DNA of 61,217 nt, counting the filler, from Bipalium vagum (taxonomy: Eukaryota): the NCBI GenBank assembly GCA_037834085.1. It is 3 parts of 3 records of this genome, joined end to end, with 100 filler letters (N's around TTAATTAATTAA, not from the genome) between each part and the next. Parts side by side here need not be neighbours in the genome. Positions count along the whole stretch, not along the records: positions 21,332 to 44,103 come from JBBMKC010217021.1; positions 44,204 to 61,217 come from JBBMKC010082682.1; 1 more part is not named here. One strand, 5' to 3'. The notes under the pieces were generated by a model that worked only from the letters and a program-made list of their open reading frames with translations, ran no database searches and had not been told where the DNA came from. Positions within the stretch are counted from its first letter, which is position 1; each line of letters starts with the position of its first letter. Positions 38,991-51,679 of the stretch are shown piece by piece. A program made the position numbers and the translations under genes.

Positions 38991-39762
38991 CTCCACAGCG
39001 TAATTTTATTATTGCATTTTTTCAGATAAATAAGGATCAGAAATCTTTATTTCAATGTAATATGTTTTGAGATATTGAACTTTTATTGACATTTCTCTTT
39101 TGATTAATTATAAATAAGTTAATTAAGGATCCGAGAATGATCTGAAAGGATCACGATATCACAACGAATTACAAAAGATCCATTGACTTAGAAAGCCTTG
39201 ACATCCAATATGAGTCCGAAAAATCGACTCCAACAAGATCAGTAAACAATCAGAAGGTGCAGATATTCATGGAGTTAAATCCGTCGTTAATACACCTAAA
39301 AACGAAGTTCGACCACGAGCTGTGGGTGTCAGACATAATACGAACATAACAATTTTCCTTTTTTCGTTAAGTGACAATTATTATTGGGATTTAATTGTCT
39401 CCACTCTTCATATTAAAGAATTAAATGAAGAGAATCTTTGGTCACGGACTGATTGATTGGCAATTTTCTTTCTGACAGCTAAAGCCCTCATTTGAGATTA
39501 CGACAGATATTTGACATTCACAATTCACCACAAGAAAACTGAGCTCAGAGTACCAGTTCACACGCTTTGACAGTGTTTTAATTAATGTTATTATTAAAAA
39601 CAGTATTAACTTTGTCAATTTAAATTTCATTAACTGATTTCTCATATTTTTCACAACTGAGGGGAATAGATCATGATAATAATTAAAACAAACAAAGTCT
39701 TTAATAATGATAAAAAATAGAAATAAAACCCAATAATTATTAATTGTTATATATAATGTTTA

Positions 39763-39920
39763 NNNNNNNNNNNNNNNNNNNNNNNNNNNNNNNNNNNNNN
39801 NNNNNNNNNNNNNNNNNNNNNNNNNNNNNNNNNNNNNNNNNNNNNNNNNNNNNNNNNNNNNNNNNNNNNNNNNNNNNNNNNNNNNNNNNNNNNNNNNNNN
39901 NNNNNNNNNNNNNNNNNNNN
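39763..39920. other. Ordinary scaffold gap (158 N)
   Basis: Run of N without the spacer motif. Confidence 0.97.
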
Positions 39921-40202
39921 TGATTACATTGGTAGGCCGTGTTCTTGGTAAACACTTCGTCAACGGTTGTCAAATTTGGGAAAGAGTAATCGAAGCAATC
40001 ACAGTCCAAATTTGAAATGGTGTGGAATAATTCCCTATGTCACGTGAAATCAATAATGCCATGTGGAAAATAATCAATTAAAATATATCTGAAATAAGTA
40101 TTTATTTCAAGAATTAGCTCTATCTCTCTCTCCATAGATATATATATTCCTATTTCCACAACAAAGAGCTTTCACATGGGATAAATTCACAGTTTTCCCC
40201 AA

Positions 40203-40515
40203 ATGGTTGCAAATCAATTCCTCGATTCGCTCAACAAATTCCAGTGGAACACGTTCGTTGGGGTCAATGATTTTGTGGACAAATTGAATTTTTTGTTTAC
40301 CGTGATAATTATTCTCGTTTTGATTTCCGTTGTTACAGTCCGTCAGTACGTTCTGAAGCCAATTTCCTGTTATCTCAGTACGGATATTGGCGGTGTTAAT
40401 CTGTTGGAATATTTGGAAAACTTCTGCTGGGTTCACGGAACGATCCCAGTCTCATACAACGGTTCGATTCCCAGTTCGGATATCGAATGGCAGGAAATGG
40501 AAAAATTTAAAATAC
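40203..40515 (+). CDS. Innexin, first coding exon
   Basis: MVANQFL..DFVDKLN..TM1..RQYVLKPISC..YLENFCWVHGT. Ends at a C|GTAAG donor (40516) just before the expected YYQW motif. Downstream exons were not found before the spacer. Confidence 0.92.
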
Positions 40516-40912
40516 GTAAGTTTTTTCGTTTATAAATGGGAACCCTTTTGTAAAATTATTTAAGTCTCTTCAAATTTCAAAGGTCGTTTAAGATTTGGTT
40601 AGGTAAAAAATTCTTTTCATTATTTTCTGATCAAATGTTTTAGCAGAAGAAAAGGAGAAGACCGTTTTCTATTTCAATCATTCCCTAGGCTATCTTATTT
40701 ATTAAATAATAATAAAATAATGATTAATTAATGATTAATTAATGATTAATTAATGATTAATTATATTTTATTGCCATTTTTGAAGTGATGATGAATTTTT
40801 CAGAAAAATTGTAAATATTGGAATTAACAAAATTTTATCCCATTCGTAAACGTTCTTAGATTCCAACGGTGCTTATTTAACGGAAATTTTTATAAATTGA
40901 CTTATTTATGAC

Positions 40913-41373
40913 TAGAGTAATCAATTTATTGGCAGTTTTATTTTTTCGGTAAACTGTAAAAACCGGTAAGTTATAAGTAAATAAAATTCACTTTGATTGG
41001 AAAGTTCATTGATGCACACTGGAAACAATGTATAGTATTATTATTTTGACCCTGTAAAAATAAATCAATTAAGTAACTTTAATTTCTTAAGGACAAGTTT
41101 TACTTTATAAAAACAATACATATTTATTCAGATAAATAATTGTTCCTCATCTATCGTACTCATTGAAAATAAGCTCTCAGCAAGCACAAGGCATTTAGCG
41201 TTTCGTTGTTTTATCTAGAACAATTTTTGTACAAAATGTCCCCGCTGCAGAGAAGGCACGTTCCGATTCAACACTTGCATCGTGAATTGTACTTAAACAT
41301 TTAAAAGCAAGTTCTAAATATTTTTCTCTGATACTTTTGACCGGTTTACCGTAAACTGGTATTGAATACCCTA
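40913..41373 (-). mobile_element. Non-autonomous hAT element (461 bp) in innexin intron
   Basis: TAG(A/G)G termini, subterminal CGGTAAAC/ACCGGT motifs, and an 8-bp TSD tttatgac/gttatgac (7/8 match). Internal ASVESERAFSAAG is a hAT dimerisation-domain remnant. Confidence 0.82.
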
Positions 41374-41749
41374 GTTATGACAGTTTAAAGTTTGGTTCCA
41401 AAATGCGCCATTACCTTCCGAATGACATATTAGTTATTTCATTTCCAAAGTGATTCTCAGTTTCCTTTTCTCTTAAATCCAAATTTCTGGTCGTTATAAA
41501 AGTATATTTCTAATATATATTATAAAACGTCTTTTGCCTTACTGAGAAAAAAGTACAAAACACAAAAATGAATAATTTTGTCAAATAATAAAATCAATTA
41601 TTCGAAAAAAACTGACCATTTAATTTATGACAGACATTAAGAAACTGTTTTAAATTTGTCAACCTTAGCATGGAAAGTTGCAAGAAGACTCTGGAACATG
41701 TCAAAAAGTCGTTTTTTATAAACATTGTACTATACAAAAGATTATATTT

Positions 41750-42820
41750 AGTATATCAAGAGTCAATCGTAATATATCCATCATTATCATTAACCAGAGC
41801 TTGAGCTTGTCTACCAAGAATGTTGTCACTTTTTCAAAGAATGAGGTCTATTTGGAAGCAAAATATGATTGGATCTCCTCTTTAATATCATCTTCGTTCT
41901 GACATTTTATCCTATACAAAAGGTATTGTAATCGGTTGCGATAATATCTGCAGAGTGGAGTCATTGCTTCTTATTCTAAAAATTTTATTTTCTTAGATGG
42001 GATTTTTGTGACGTATGTCAGGTTTTGTCCTATTGAAAAATCATACCTCTCTGTTTACTAAAGTTGGGGGTTTTTAAAATGGTTCTCATATAATTTGTCC
42101 AATTCACCAGTACCTGTTGTGATCAACAGTGTCATGCGATCTGATGGAGAGAATAGCTTTCTTATTACGATGACTTGACGTTGGTGTTGGCCGAGGGAAT
42201 TGAGCTGTAAAACTGTTTATTCTACTGGTGTTATGGAATAAAATCAAATTTATTTACCAGTGGCACTAGGTTTAAGAAAATACTCACCGTTATCCTTCAG
42301 AAGGATAATGATAGAAAAACAGAAACTCTGATTACTTTAATCTTGTTGGTTAATTCATGCGATCCTCAACCAATGTATTTCTACGACTTTCCAATCTTAT
42401 GTAAGTGATTATGAGCTGGTATTCCTCTGCAGCTGTGTACAGTTGTTGTGGATCGACTGTTATCATTAATTCCAGTAATTTTTCGTCAATCAGTGATGAA
42501 CGCTCACTTCTCTCATGATCATTGAGATCAAAGTAACCAGATATGAGGGCTAACCATTCCTGTGGGTCTTTTAATACTATCATTAATATTAACGACAACT
42601 AGTTTGACCGTAGATCAAAGAAGGTATTCTTAAAGCAGCCAATTTCGGACAATTTCTATGCTTGGCACAAATAAAGACAATCGAACATAAAAATTTTATC
42701 TACAGAATAATTCTGATTTGTATTACTTGAAATATTCGGCCAAAAGTAATTATAAAAAAAATTTTGACAATAATTTTCATTTAAATTAAGAAAACGAAGT
42801 TACTTTTTGACTTAGCTAAA
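41750..42820 (-). mobile_element. Degenerate mariner
   Basis: GYFDLNDHERSERS N-terminal remnant, IIATDY and IQSYFASK C-terminal remnants, and a TIR-like aaaacgaagttacttt at ~42790. Confidence 0.6.
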
Positions 42821-43248
42821 ACTCCTGAACTCAGTTTGTAATAGGACATTTTTCACCAAAACATTGTTTCTTATTTTAAATATTAAGGGATTATTATGTA
42901 AAGGCTCGAAAGGATTTTTGCAATACAAATTCTTGATTTTGAAATGACATGGTAATATCGACTTAAGTAGATCAATTCAAAAACGATCGATTCAATTTAT
43001 ATAATGATCAGTCAACCAACAAGCTAATCGAAACGAAATATAGATTGTTTATTATTATTATTTTTAATCTTGTGAACATCATAATAATATTTTTTAAATA
43101 GACGCATTTCAATAATTTTGAACAAATTTTTTCCGAACATTTATTATCAAGAAACATGTTTCGAACTATTATCAGTTCATCATCAGTCATTCATATTTAA
43201 AACAACACACTTTAATTATCTAAGCGTCGATATAATTTTTAATTTAAA

Positions 43249-43287
<39 letters not shown>

Positions 43288-44103
43288 TTATTATTATCAT
43301 TATCATCATTATTTTATTTATTTAACATTAATATTAATATCTATTTTTATAAAATGATGATAATAATAATTTTAATCAGTTATACAATTTTCGTTCCCTT
43401 TTCCTATTTTTAAGGAAATATATCATTTAATTTTTTAAAATAAATTAATTTCCAGAGTATATGTCATATATAATTTTGATCTTAAATAAATATAATCAGT
43501 GAAACCCTCGGATTTCCTTCACTGTCAACTTAAACTTTTGTTATGTTAATAAGTTTATAAGCACCATTGACCTTCATTGTAGCCTTCAATATTATTTTCT
43601 CTCTATTTTTCTATTTTTGAACCATTTAAACATGTCAATAAATGAAATACAACTTGCCTTTAATCATTTTCATGTGTAACATGTTCCAAATTATTAATCT
43701 CTTCCATTACGTCCTGGTGACACCACAGAGGATTCCTGGATTTCCTCTGAGATTTCTTTAAATGTCAAATTATTGTCTGACAGTATTGATGGTCTGAGAT
43801 GTCTGGAAATTTTTATGTGCTTTGCATCCGAATGTTCCTTCGTTTCAAACAAATATATATTATATGTATTATGTTCAAAACCTTTCAGGATAAGTGATAA
43901 AATCCAGTTCTTTTGGTTTGTTGGTATCTTCAAAGAAGTTTTATATTGGGTAGACATTTTGTAAAGGTTACTAAGAAGATCTTTGTCACCTTTCCTTCAC
44001 CTGCATGAAACGAGCGAACAATATTAACCACCTGTACTCTGTTTTTTAAATGATCTGTTGCTTTATACTTGAAAAATTCTAATTATATATATATATATAT
44101 CTA

Positions 44104-44203
44104 NNNNNNNNNNNNNNNNNNNNNNNNNNNNNNNNNNNNNNNNNNNNTTAATTAATTAANNNNNNNNNNNNNNNNNNNNNNNNNNNNNNNNNNNNNNNNN
44201 NNN
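44104..44203. other. Artificial contig-joining spacer (44N-TTAATTAATTAA-44N)
   Basis: Same 100-bp structure as 21232-21331. Confidence 0.97.
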
Positions 44204-44558
44204 AATCATGCCAAATTTTATTGAAATATAAATATTTTTTCGGCTTCATTCTAAGGACTTATCAGCCCAACCATGTACATTCAATTGGAAAAATAAATAG
44301 ATTTGACAAATGGATTTCACACCAACTTAGTCTTGAAAACGTGCATTTCTAATATCTTGATATTTAAAAATAAAATGCTTACAAATATCCTTATCATCCT
44401 AAGATAATAATATTCAATAAAATATTGATAAATTACAATATATTGTAATTAATGATAATCATAATAGTAATACTATAATTAATAATAATATTAATTTTTA
44501 ATTTACTGAATTTTAGGGCATATTTCCATAACATATTAAGGATAAAATTATTTATAAC

Positions 44559-45208
44559 CTTTATTTATATTTATTGACGAATCTGTCAGTCCAAGGCTTG
44601 GCCAGTTGGAGTTGAAGCATGGTTGATTGTTAGCGAAAATTAACTTTTCAGTAAAAGAAGAGCCATAATGCAATGCCAGTAAAGGGTTGATGTGATATGA
44701 AGAAGAAGGTTTGTAGAAAAGGTTGTGATTCGACTGCAATCCTCGCTTATTGGGAATTATGATCGAACTTTGGCCATTGATGGACTGTTCAGTCAAACTC
44801 GGCTGAAGCTTTTGTGCATTCATATGACTAGAACTTTTAAAACAATTGCCGTGGTTAAAGTAGGACATTTGAAAAAGGGTATTGGTTCTTTTCTTTTTTC
44901 TTTTCGTGTGAGACGCATAATTGTCTCTCGCCGACCAATTTGGATAGAGTTGTTGGTGGAGTTCCTTTTCCTTGCGAGCCATCTCATAATATTTGGTCTG
45001 CTCTTCTCTCGTTAGAGCGTGCCATCGTCGTCCGAGAATTTGGTTTATCGCCGCCGACTCTTTCAAAGTGCACTCTGCAACAACACGGGACCTCATCTCT
45101 TTCATGAAAAGCATAAAAGCGTTAAGCGGTTTCTTAATATGGGTCTTCATTTTGTCAAATTCATTTTGAGAAGTCAACTCTGTCATCACTTTTGAGGACT
45201 TGTCGAAA
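44559..45208 (-). CDS. TCF/LEF-family HMG-box transcription factor, HMG-containing exon
   Basis: [57 protein letters not shown] plus basic tail KRKKKR. Bounded by a tttatttccag acceptor (45209) and a probable G|GT donor (44558). Confidence 0.92.
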
Positions 45209-45529
45209 CTGGAAATAAAAAAAGTAATAAAAATTTTGGAAATATTGGTTTTGGTTTAAGAATATGAGACACTGTTTTTTTATAATATTTTCAAATTTTC
45301 TTTATACAACATAATAGTAATTAAAGAAATAATAATAATAATAATTAAAATAGTAATAATATTATAATAATATTTTGTCTACAAATTGAAAAGGTGCGTA
45401 TTTAGTAAATGGCTCCAAAGTCATTATTAAATCGCAGTTTTTTGCTAAATTGGTAAATATTAATATTCCATATAAATAGCGATAAATCAAATGGCATATC
45501 AAATAATACATAAAAGGCATTGTTTATTA

Positions 45530-45835
45530 TTTGCCTTACAATTGAAGAAAATGGCTTATGAGGCCACAAATATGATTATTTCCACTCTGGATAAAGGTGG
45601 TCAGCTCTAAAACCTCAAAAAGTTGTTTGATCGTTTTAGAAGTGAAATCTAGACTTTTAACGATGCAGAACGCCCAGGTGTATCAAAAATCAGTATGGAT
45701 GAAGGCCTTGAGAATTTGTTAGATGAATATTATAATATGTCAGACACAATCAGGACTTGCAATACAACTTGAAGTTACTCAGAAGCCAATTTCTTGTCGA
45801 CTCAAAAAGTTTGCAGGTGGGTACCGCATAATTTT
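45530..45835 (+). mobile_element. Mariner 5' fragment
   Basis: FDRFRS..DAERPG and WVPH remnants. Confidence 0.6.
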
Positions 45836-46559
45836 TAAAATAGAATATTTATTTATTATAGACACTACAAGCTGTTTTATATACAGTGTTAATAGTAAAT
45901 AAAGTGATAATCATCAGCTGCTCCCCCAGTCACTAGTGGTTGTCATCTGCGACACCTGAGAGCGACCATAAAAGCAATTTAAGGGTCGAGACAAAGCACA
46001 ATAATCTCATTAGTGAGATTAAATCGATCTCTATTCCCACTGCAGTCGACATCTGCTAGTGGGGATAGGAAAAAAAAGAAAAAACACAATAATTACAAAA
46101 TTACGTACAACTTATGTATAAAAGGTGGGTCAACAATAAAAGGATTTCTAGGATAAACAGTAAACATTGTAAAAGACTAGTATTAAATAAGCCCAAAAGG
46201 GATAAAAAGTTAAAGACAAGACAAATGCGGGGACTTTACAATCAACCAAACCAACAAAAATACTACTATGCAGCTGGAAAAAATACATTGAGGAGGACGA
46301 TTGACGGTGGGACTTGGTTCTGGGAGCTAAATTCGGATATATACACACAGGAAAGAAAAATTACACAATAATAATCACACAATCCGGGAGGAATACAACC
46401 ATTGGGAGGGATCAATGAAGATTGAAGGAAAATATGCAGATTAGAGTTGGGAGATAAGGCAAGGAGAAATAGATACAGGGGTGTAATAATAGTGATAAAA
46501 TAATAAACAAGGATAAAATATAGAAATATGGATAAATAAATAATAAGGAGTGCAGGTTA

Positions 46560-47295
46560 CCCCTGGCCAGAAAGGTAAGTAATATGCGTCAGATAAATGT
46601 GGAGCGATTCCCTAACTGCCGTTATAAGGAGAACATGGGCGAAAGCACCTCTCTGATCTTTGGAAAGGCCGAGCTTCCATGACATCTGAAACATACCTGG
46701 CGTTTCTTTGGACAATCCCTGTTACTATGTTCTTACTATGTTACAGGTCTAGCATTCCATTTGTTTTCTTGACAGTTTCTCCCTAAATGGCCCTTCTTAT
46801 TACATCTGTAACATTTAATATTTTCTTTGAATATTGTATTCCTTTAAATGAGTCGATCCGTTTTCATCACTTTGTGGTACTCTCCTTGTAATTCCTAACT
46901 TTACTCACCGACTTCATCAAATCTTATATTTCGCTTCCTTTCAAATTCTGAAATCCCGTGCAACCTTCTGATTTCCAATACTCTGTACCAAGACAGCGCC
47001 TCGAGATTAACAACGGTCAGTTCATGTGAAAGTGGTTTTTCTATCAATGCTCTTGTCTTTCTAAAAACAAAGCTTCAATATCATCGCTGCCACTTCTATA
47101 CGTTATTAACTTCTAGGAGTTTTTCTTCGAAACTTAATCGAATTCTTCAAATCCGCTTACGTTCCCCGATGCTTCATTGTAGATTTCCCATAAATCCTAA
47201 AGTAACACCACTAAAATCGCTGTTTTCTCATCTTTGTTGGTGTCTCCTTAATGTCAAAGTATTTGGCTGAAAATATTGCTGAAAATGGAGAATAT
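46560..47295 (-). mobile_element. Retrotransposon gag remnant (probably Ty3/gypsy) with CCHC zinc knuckles
   Basis: IKCYRCNKKGHLGRNC, a decayed second knuckle (H.NRDC) and VCFRCH. Many stops and frameshifts; no pol directly downstream. Confidence 0.65.
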
Positions 47296-47299
47296 ATTT

Positions 47300-48388
47300 A
47301 TAACGGAGCTCTAAATCATTATGATGAAGATGAAGAAAATGAAATAAAAGAAGTAAATTTTATTAGAAATGAAAGTGAAAATTAATTTTTAAATGTTACT
47401 GGAGATTCAATGAAAGGAATTTTAAATATGAATAATAATGAAATAGTAAATATAGTTGATCTAATAAATGATAATGATCTTGTACATTTTAAATTTGTAA
47501 AAGAGAGAATAAAAAATATTAAACCAAATTATTGAAAATAAAAGAGACTAATATAAATAATAGAAATATTAAAGGTTTTAATTTTAATTTTATTTTATTT
47601 AAAGAAAAATTTTATAATGATAAAAAACATTTAGAAGATAAAAAATTTAGATATTAAACACCTCAATTAAATCTTGAGAAAATTTTAATAAAGATATAGA
47701 AAAAAATATAAATAAAAAATATTCAGATATTGAAATAAAATATAAATCTATAGAAAAAGATGTTAATGAAATGCGAACTATGTTCTCGAAAGCAAGCACA
47801 CACAATTAAGTTTTAGAATATAGCATATTTCAGATATTATAAAAAACTTAAAATAAATATAAAATATTCTTATGCTGTTGATGATTATAAAAATGGAAAT
47901 CTTTAATAAAGTATATTTTCTGGAAAATTAAAAATAAATTTAAATGAACTTGTATATTTTGGTGGAGAAAGAATTTTTATTTGAAAAATGCATTTACAAT
48001 AATATCAGTTGCAGACAAAATTAATATGAAATTGATAAGATTGTAAATTTTGGAACAAAAATCATTATCATATTTTTGTATGGTATAATAATTATAGGAA
48101 TTATTTTATTGTAAATGGAAGACCTTTAGAGAAAACCTATGCTAAAGAATATAAAGGAATATATTTAGTATTTTTAAGATTTGGTGTGATAAAGTTACAA
48201 AAAAATTAATTTTTTATAATTCCGAAAATAAATTTGAATCTATTTGTAATGATTATAAAAATCTTAAATTAAAAATTAATTCACAAAATATAATAATTTA
48301 TGAGATTATAGTTTTTCATAGATATTTACAAAATAACGAGCTACAAAATAAAAGAAATAGAAATTTTTATGAAAAAAATTTATCCTAA
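47300..48388 (+). pseudogene. Viral fibre/receptor-binding-like protein remnant
   Basis: LNVTGDSMKGILNMNNNEIVNIVD..D tail-fibre-type repeat (~47389-47505), a coiled-coil-like middle, and a LamG-like C-terminal IYEIIVFHRYLQNNEL (~48297). Confidence 0.55.
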
Positions 48389-48490
48389 TATATGATTCAA
48401 TGTAGCGTTTTGAGTCTTCCAAACAATTCTTTACAATGTACAATATTAAAAAAAATCTTTACATTCATTTTTCAAAATTTATATTAAAAA

Positions 48491-49157
48491 ATGGAAATTG
48501 AACCAAATGCTCCTTTTGAAAAACTTTATCCAAATTTAGAAAGTAATGATAATAAGAGAAGATTATCTTCCAAATTTATTTAAGATTCTAATCCACTTAT
48601 GAAAAATAAAAAATTGAAAATTTTTTGAATGAGAAAAAAGTTTTAGAAGATCTGTTATCCCATTAAAAAACAAATTAAAATTTAGATATACAAAATAAAA
48701 TTCAGGTATAAAAACAGCAAGTAATGTTATAACTGGAGTTATTTGAGTTGGTACTGCAATAATGGCAGAAGTTTCAACTTCAGGAATTGGATTATTAATT
48801 TATATTACTGCTGCAACTGGAATTCTTGGTGTTATAAATTTAAACATTTTTGAAACTATTAGGAAAAATTTAAGAAGTAAAAAGAAAAATCTTTACAGAG
48901 AAATTTTCTGAGTCTATAGAAAAATCAATTAGTAAACTTTATTTTTCAAATGAAAGCTTTAGAAGATAAGATTTTAACTAATGAAGAAATTGAACAAGCA
49001 AAAATAATTATTAATGATTGCAAATATTAAAGCTATTAAAGCAGGAAATGTTATTGAAAATGTTAAAAGTAAAGCAAAAGACAATTTGAAAATTGTGTTG
49101 AAGAAAGAGTATAAGGCAGCTATAAAACAAACCCACGAGAAAATGAAAAATTTATAA
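48491..49157 (+). pseudogene. Adintovirus-type membrane-active ('GasderminX'-like) protein remnant
   Basis: Starts MEIEPNAPFEKLYPNLE. Contains a Gly/Ala/Thr-rich hydrophobic hairpin (VITGVI*VGTAIMAEVSTSGIGLLIYITAATGILGVI), a basic patch and a KALEDKILTNEE motif. Confidence 0.65.
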
Positions 49158-49399
49158 AATATTTTATTTTATTTTTAAAAAATGAGTGATCTATATAATG
49201 GGAAATTTTCACATTAAACAAAATTTTATATTTATTAGAATTTTAATCTGAATTAAAAAAAATATTGAAATCTATTCTTTTCAAGATATTTATGATTTTT
49301 TGGAAATAGAATATTTTATTTTTCCATGGGAATAATTATTTTAATTTTTTTTGAAAAAATTGAAATAGATTCAAAATAAAATTTAATTGATATTAAAAA

Positions 49400-50131
49400 T
49401 GAAATTGAAATATTAAAAAAATTAATAGCAGTAGAAGAAGAGTATAATAATTAAATAATAAATCAATGGGAGTTACAAAATAGAATACAACGAGAATTAA
49501 AAATTTTTCATAAACTAGTAACTGATATATTGGGAACAAAAATAAATAAATAAAAAATGATGAAAACAAAACTAAAAAATTAATTGTTTCTAAAAATAAT
49601 GAAATTACAAATGATCTCCATGATAATTCAATACAACGAGTAAACATTCAGTGAGATACAAATGCAGAAAAAATAACAGAAAGTATAAAACCAATTTTTA
49701 ATAACAATTTCTGAACAATAAATGACTGAATATTTTAAGTTTTTAAAAGATGTGAAAAACATTTTTAAGAAATAAAACAACTAAAAAAGATTTTAAAACA
49801 TTAATAGAAGGAAAATAGTGTTCAGAAAATAATTTAAAAGAAATGAACAATTATATAGAAATATTCAAAAGTGTAAAATCAAGTATGAAATCAGATTATG
49901 TTAAAAATATTAAAAACCAAACAAACAAACTTAATGAAATAAAAAGAGGAGGAGAAAGTTATAAAATTTACAAATCAAAAGATTCGCTTGTTCAATTTAT
50001 AACTTTAAGAAAATATTTAGCAGATAAAAAAGCAGGACATGATAATGTTGATCATTAAATTTTAAAAATTTTAAATAAATTAATAAACCAAACTAGAATT
50101 ACATATAAAAATTATGAAAAATATTTTTAAT
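49400..50131 (+). pseudogene. Conserved Polinton/adintovirus 'AGN'-motif protein remnant
   Basis: C-terminal LRKYLADKKAGHDNVDH*ILKILNKL resembles the L.LL.A...AGN....EI..I..EL motif of Polinton core-like ORFs. Preceded by a KRGG possible cleavage site. Confidence 0.55.
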
Positions 50132-50195
50132 AACTGACCACAATTTGACTTAAAATAATAAAAATATATTTAAAAAAATAACGAAATTAAATTTA

Positions 50196-50960
50196 TGTTG
50201 ACTTACAGAAAAAAAAACCTTTTATCTCAAAAATTTTCTTCATCATTTTAGTAAAAAGTAAAACATCAGAAATATTTTTTATATTTAATAATACTTTATA
50301 TATTCATCCTAATTTAAACAATGAACTAGGATTAGTTTATTTGTCAACTTATAATTCTATATTTAATATAAATGAAGATAATAATTGAATTAATATAACA
50401 GTAATAAATAGTAAAATTTTACCCGATACCTAAAATATCAGATTAACCCCGGGTGCTTATGAAATTTTAGAAATATCAAAAGTAATAGAAAATGAATTAT
50501 AATATGATAACACTTTAAAACCTATGGAAGCGACTGTAGTTTCAAATGGTAAAACCATTGATAAAGAATATTACATAAAAATTAAACCTAATTCTGTTTC
50601 AGGAAATTGTATAATGAAAATAGCCAAATGATGTGAAGTTCATTTTCACTAGCTAATTTTTCAGGGTTTGAAATTATGATGTATACTAAAGGAATTCATT
50701 ATTCTAAAAAAAATTAATATTTCAAATTTCAATAACATTATGATAGATTGTAATGTTGTAAATGGATCCTTTTTGATTTCCCAAAAAACACTGAACGAAG
50801 AGGATATAAGCTTATAGAAAGACCAGATTTTCCAATTTATTATTCCGTAATTGTAAGGATAATTGATAAAATAAATTTTAGAATTATAGATGATAATGAT
50901 GAGTTAATAAACTTTAATGGAGAATATATTACTTTTAGAGTTCATTTAAAGCAGGTGTAA
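50196..50960 (+). pseudogene. Minor capsid protein (penton, single jelly-roll) remnant
   Basis: LSTYNSIFNINEDNN, PGAYEI, IMIDCNVVNGSF, GYKLIERPDFPIYY and IIDDNDELINFNGEYITFRVHLK match the Polinton mCP pattern. Stops and frameshifts present. Confidence 0.8.
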
Positions 50961-50986
50961 ATTTTCATTTTCTTTTTTTTCAAAAA

Positions 50987-51570
50987 ATGGAGTTCTATTG
51001 TGATGGTTTCTTAAATAATAATTCTGTAAAAATTAAAAATAATTCTAATTTACCAGAAATTTTTAGAATATTAATTATTGGTCCTTCTAGATCTGGTAAG
51101 ACAATGTTATTATATAATATGTTATTAAAAAAGGAATATTTCGATTATAAAAATTTGATTATTTTTTCTAAAACGCCTTTGCTAAAATTACACTTATAAA
51201 GTCCATGAAATTAAAGTAACATTATCAGCAAATGAAATTCAACCTCCGGATAAATTGGATAAAACTAAAAAATATTTTAACTATTTTTGATGATGTAATA
51301 AATGAAAAAAATCAAACTATTATGGAAATGTATTTTACAAGAGGAAGACATAATAAATGTTCAGTAATATATTCATCTCAATCATTTTTGGATTTACCTT
51401 TAAAAAGTATAAGAAATAATACTAATGTTTTAATTTTCTTTAAAATTTCAAAATCAGATAAAAATCGAATTTATTCAAAAATATTAGCTCATTTTTTGAG
51501 AGAAAGATGTGTCTGATTATTTGTATGATTTCCATATAAAAGAAAACTATAATTATTTTTTATAAATTAA
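50987..51570 (+). pseudogene. A32/FtsK-HerA-family DNA packaging ATPase remnant
   Basis: Walker A RILIIGPSRSGKT, Walker B LTIFDD, arginine motif TRGRH, sensor SQS and IRNN. Split over two ORFs. Confidence 0.9.
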
Positions 51571-51679
51571 GAGAGCAAAACTCTTACAATCAGCATTCAA
51601 CTAAATTGAACTAGCAACAAAGCTGCACATTTTAATATTTTAAAAACCTTCGGATTTATTTTCAATTTTTTTCTCAAAA

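Noticed and set aside
39145-39350. Open frame KDHDITTNYKRSIDL..DIIRT* as a terminal exon
   Set aside because: No recognisable domain or linked upstream exon.
45935-46000. Hammerhead ribozyme
   Set aside because: The core reads CTGAGAG/GAGA rather than CTGANGA/GAAA, and stem I cannot be formed convincingly.
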